Assembly: GCA_964016885.1 (NCBI GenBank) | Contig: OZ024743.1 | Coordinates: 35,774,001 to 35,838,000 of the forward strand | DNA: 64,000 nucleotides | Reading direction: 5' to 3' | Origin: Eledone cirrhosa | Taxonomy: Eukaryota | In this document: piece by piece, positions 61,140 to 64,000 of the stretch | How positions within the stretch are numbered: position 1 is the first letter of the stretch | Layout: each line of letters starts with the position of its first letter | Program-made: the position numbers and the translations under genes | Notes under the pieces: model-generated | What the model was told of the DNA's origin: nothing | Database searches by the model: none | What the model saw: the letters and a program-made list of their open reading frames with translations, nothing else

Positions 61140-64000
61140 AGTGTTGGTAGTAATAATTAGTGGTATTGGTATTGGTAGTAGTATTGGTGTCAGTGTTGTA
61201 GTAATAGTTAGTGGTATTGGTGTTGGTAGTAGTATTGGTGTCAGTGTTGGTAGTAATAGTTAGTGGTATTGGTGTTGGTAGTAGTATTGGTGTCAGTGTT
61301 GGTAGTAATAATTAGTGGTATTGGTGTTGGTAGTAGTATTGGTGTAAGTGTTGGTAGTAATAATTAGTGGTATTGGTGTTGGTAGTAGTATTGGTGTCAG
61401 TGTTGGTAGTAATAATTAGTGGTATTGGTGTTGGTAGTAGTATTGGTGTCAGTGTTGGTAGTAATAGTTAGTGGTATTGGTAGTAGTATTGGTGTCAGTG
61501 TTGGTAGTAATAATTAGTGGTATTGGTGTTGGTAGTAGTATTGGTGTCAGTGTTGGTAGTAATAATTAGTGGTATTGGTGTTGGTAGTAGTATTGGTGTC
61601 AGTGTTGGTAGTAATAATTAGTGGTATTGGTGTTGGTAGTAGTATTGGTGTCAGTGTTGGTAGTAATAATTAGTGGTATTGGTGTTGGTAGTAGTATTGG
61701 TGTCAGTGTTGTTAGTAATAGTTAGTGGTATTGGTAGTAGTATTGGTGTCAGTGTTGGTAGTAATAATTAGTGGTATTGGTGTTGGTAGTAGTATTGGTG
61801 TCAGTGTTGGTAGTAATAATTAGTGGTATTGGTGTTGGTAGTAGTATTGGTGTCAGTGTTGGTAGTAATAATTAGTGGTATTGGTATTGGTAGTAGTATT
61901 GGTGTCAGTGTTGGTAGTAATAATTAGTGGTATTGGTATTGGTAGCAGTATTGGTGTCAGTGTTGGTAGTAATAGTTAGTGGTATTGGTGTTGGTAGTAG
62001 TATTGGTGTCAGTGTTGGTAGTAATAGTTAGTGGTAGTAGTATTGGTAGTAGTATTGGTGTCAGTGTTGGTAGTAATAATTAGTGGTATTGGTGTTGGTA
62101 GTAGTATTGGTGTCAGTGTTGGTAGTAATAGTTAGTGGTATTGGTGTTGGTAGTAGTATTGGTGTCAGTGTTGGTAGTAATAGTTAGTGGTAGTAGTATT
62201 GGTAGTAGTATTGGTGTCAGTGTTGGTAGTAATAATTAGTGGTATTGGTGTTGGTAGTAGTATTGGTGTCAGTGTTGGTAGTAATAATTAGTGGTATTGG
62301 TGTTGGTAGTAGTATTGGTGTCAGTGTTGGTAGTAATAGTTAGTGGTATTGGTGTTGGTAGTAGTATTGGTGTCAGTGTTGGTAGTAATAATTAGTGGTA
62401 TTGGTATTGGTAGTAGTATTGGTGTCAGTGTTGGTAGTAATAATTAGTGGTATTGGTGTTGGTAGTAGTATTGGTGTCAGTGTTGGTAGTAATAGTTAGT
62501 GGTATTGGTGTTGGTAGTAGTATTGGTGTCAGTGTTGGTAGTAATAGTTAGTGGTATTGGTGTTGGTAGTAGTATTGGTGTCAGTGTTGGTAGTAATAGT
62601 TAGTGGTATTGGTATTGGTAGTAGTATTGGTGTCAGTGTTGGTAGTAATAATTAGTGGTATTGGTGTTGGTAGTAGTATTGGTGTCAGTGTTGGTAGTAA
62701 TAGTTAGTGGTATTGGTGTTGGTAGTAGTATTGGTGTCAGTGTTGGTAGTAATAATTAGTGGTATTGGTATTGGTAGTAGTATTGGTGTCAGTGTTGGTA
62801 GTAATAGTTAGTGGTATTGGTGTTGGTAGTAGTATTGGTGTCAGTGTTGGTAGTAATAATGAGTGGTATTGGTGTTGGTAGTAGTATTGGTGTCAGTGTT
62901 GGTAGTAATAATTAGTGGTATTGGTATTGGTAGTAGTATTGGTGTCAGTGTTGGTAGTAATAGTTAGTGGTATTGGTGTTGGTAGTAGTATTGGTGTCAG
63001 TGTTGGTAGTAATAATTAGTGGTATTGGTATTGGTAGTAGTATTGGTGTCAGTGTTGGTAGTAATAATTAGTGGTATTGGTGTTGGTAGTAGTATTGGTG
63101 TCAGTGTTGGTAGTAATAATTAGTGGTATTGGTATTGGTAGTAGTATTGGTGTCAGTGTTGGTAGTAATAATTAGTGGTATTGGTGTTGGTAGTAGTATT
63201 GGTGTCAGTGTTGGTAGTAATAGTTAGTGGTATTGGTATTGGTAGTAGTATTGGTGTCAGTGTTGGTAGTAATAGTTAGTGGTATTGGTGTTGGTAGTAG
63301 TATTGGTGTCAGTGTTGGTAGTAATAGTTAGTGGTATTGGTATTGGTAGTAGTATTGGTGTCAGTGTTGGTAGTAATAATTAGTGGTATTGGTGTTGGTA
63401 GTAGTATTGGTGTCAGTGTTGGTAGTAATAGTTAGTGGTATTGGTGTTGGTAGTAGTATTGGTGTCAGTGTTGGTAGTAATAATTAGTGGTATTGGTATT
63501 GGTAGTAGTATTGGTGTCAGTGTTGGTAGTAATAGTTAGTGGTATTGGTGTTGGTAGTAGTATTGGTGTCAGTGTTGGTAGTAATAGTTAGTGGTATTGG
63601 TGTTGGTAGTAGTATTGGTGTCAGTGTTGGTAGTAATAATTAGTGGTATTGGTGTTGGTAGTAGTATTGGTGTCAGTGTTGGTAGTAATAGTTAGTGGTA
63701 TTGGTGTTGGTAGTAGTATTGGTGTCAGTGTTGGTAGTAATAGTTAGTGGTATTGGTGTTGGTAGTAGTATTGGTGTCAGTGTTGGTAGTAATAGTTAGT
63801 GGTATTGGTATTGGTAGTAGTATTGGTGTCAGTGTTGGTAGTAATAATTAGTGGTATTGGTGTTGGTAGTAGTATTGGTGTCAGTGTTGGTAGTAATAGT
63901 TAGTGGTATTGGTGTTGGTAGTAGTATTGGTGTCAGTGTTGGTAGTATTAATTAGTGGTATTAGTATTGGTAGTAGTATTGGTGTCAGTGTTGCTAGTAA
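61140..64000. repeat. 52-bp G/T-rich satellite (continues off the right edge)
   Basis: Unit TAGTGGTATTGGTGTTGGTAGTAGTATTGGTGTCAGTGTTGGTAGTAATAAT (61261 to 61313). Confidence 0.97.

Noticed and set aside
44127-61160. Long Val-rich (+) and Pro/Thr-rich (-) ORFs, including the 1599-aa ORF, as genes
   Set aside because: They arise from triplet-phased repeat units lacking stops; peptide type switches at indels; no signal peptide or unique domain

Overview
Repeat-saturated, AT-rich animal genomic DNA; the SINE families and microsatellite load resemble a cephalopod (octopus-like) genome, which is inference. No confidently identifiable host gene is present. The left ~43 kb is a mosaic of (TA)n/(CA)n/(CATA)n microsatellites and retroelements: one nearly intact Penelope-like element (RT + GIY-YIG, 5'-truncated, inverted terminal copy), many tRNA-derived Meta-domain SINEs (several with TSDs), a non-autonomous RTE derivative, R4/Dong-, CRE- and CR1-type LINE fragments, and small hAT and Tc1/mariner MITEs. 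The most notable signal is a dense set of minimal type I hammerhead ribozyme motifs (CUGANGA..GAAA..NUH) from at least eight unrelated sequence families. They sit in or next to (TA)n tracts and often in fold-back palindromes. A 49-bp tandem satellite at the window start is itself built on a hammerhead-like core and ends exactly at the GUC site. The right ~20 kb is a G/T-skewed 33/36-bp minisatellite with kb-scale higher-order repeats, followed by a 52-bp satellite. All calls were made by eye; coordinates may be off by a few bases.
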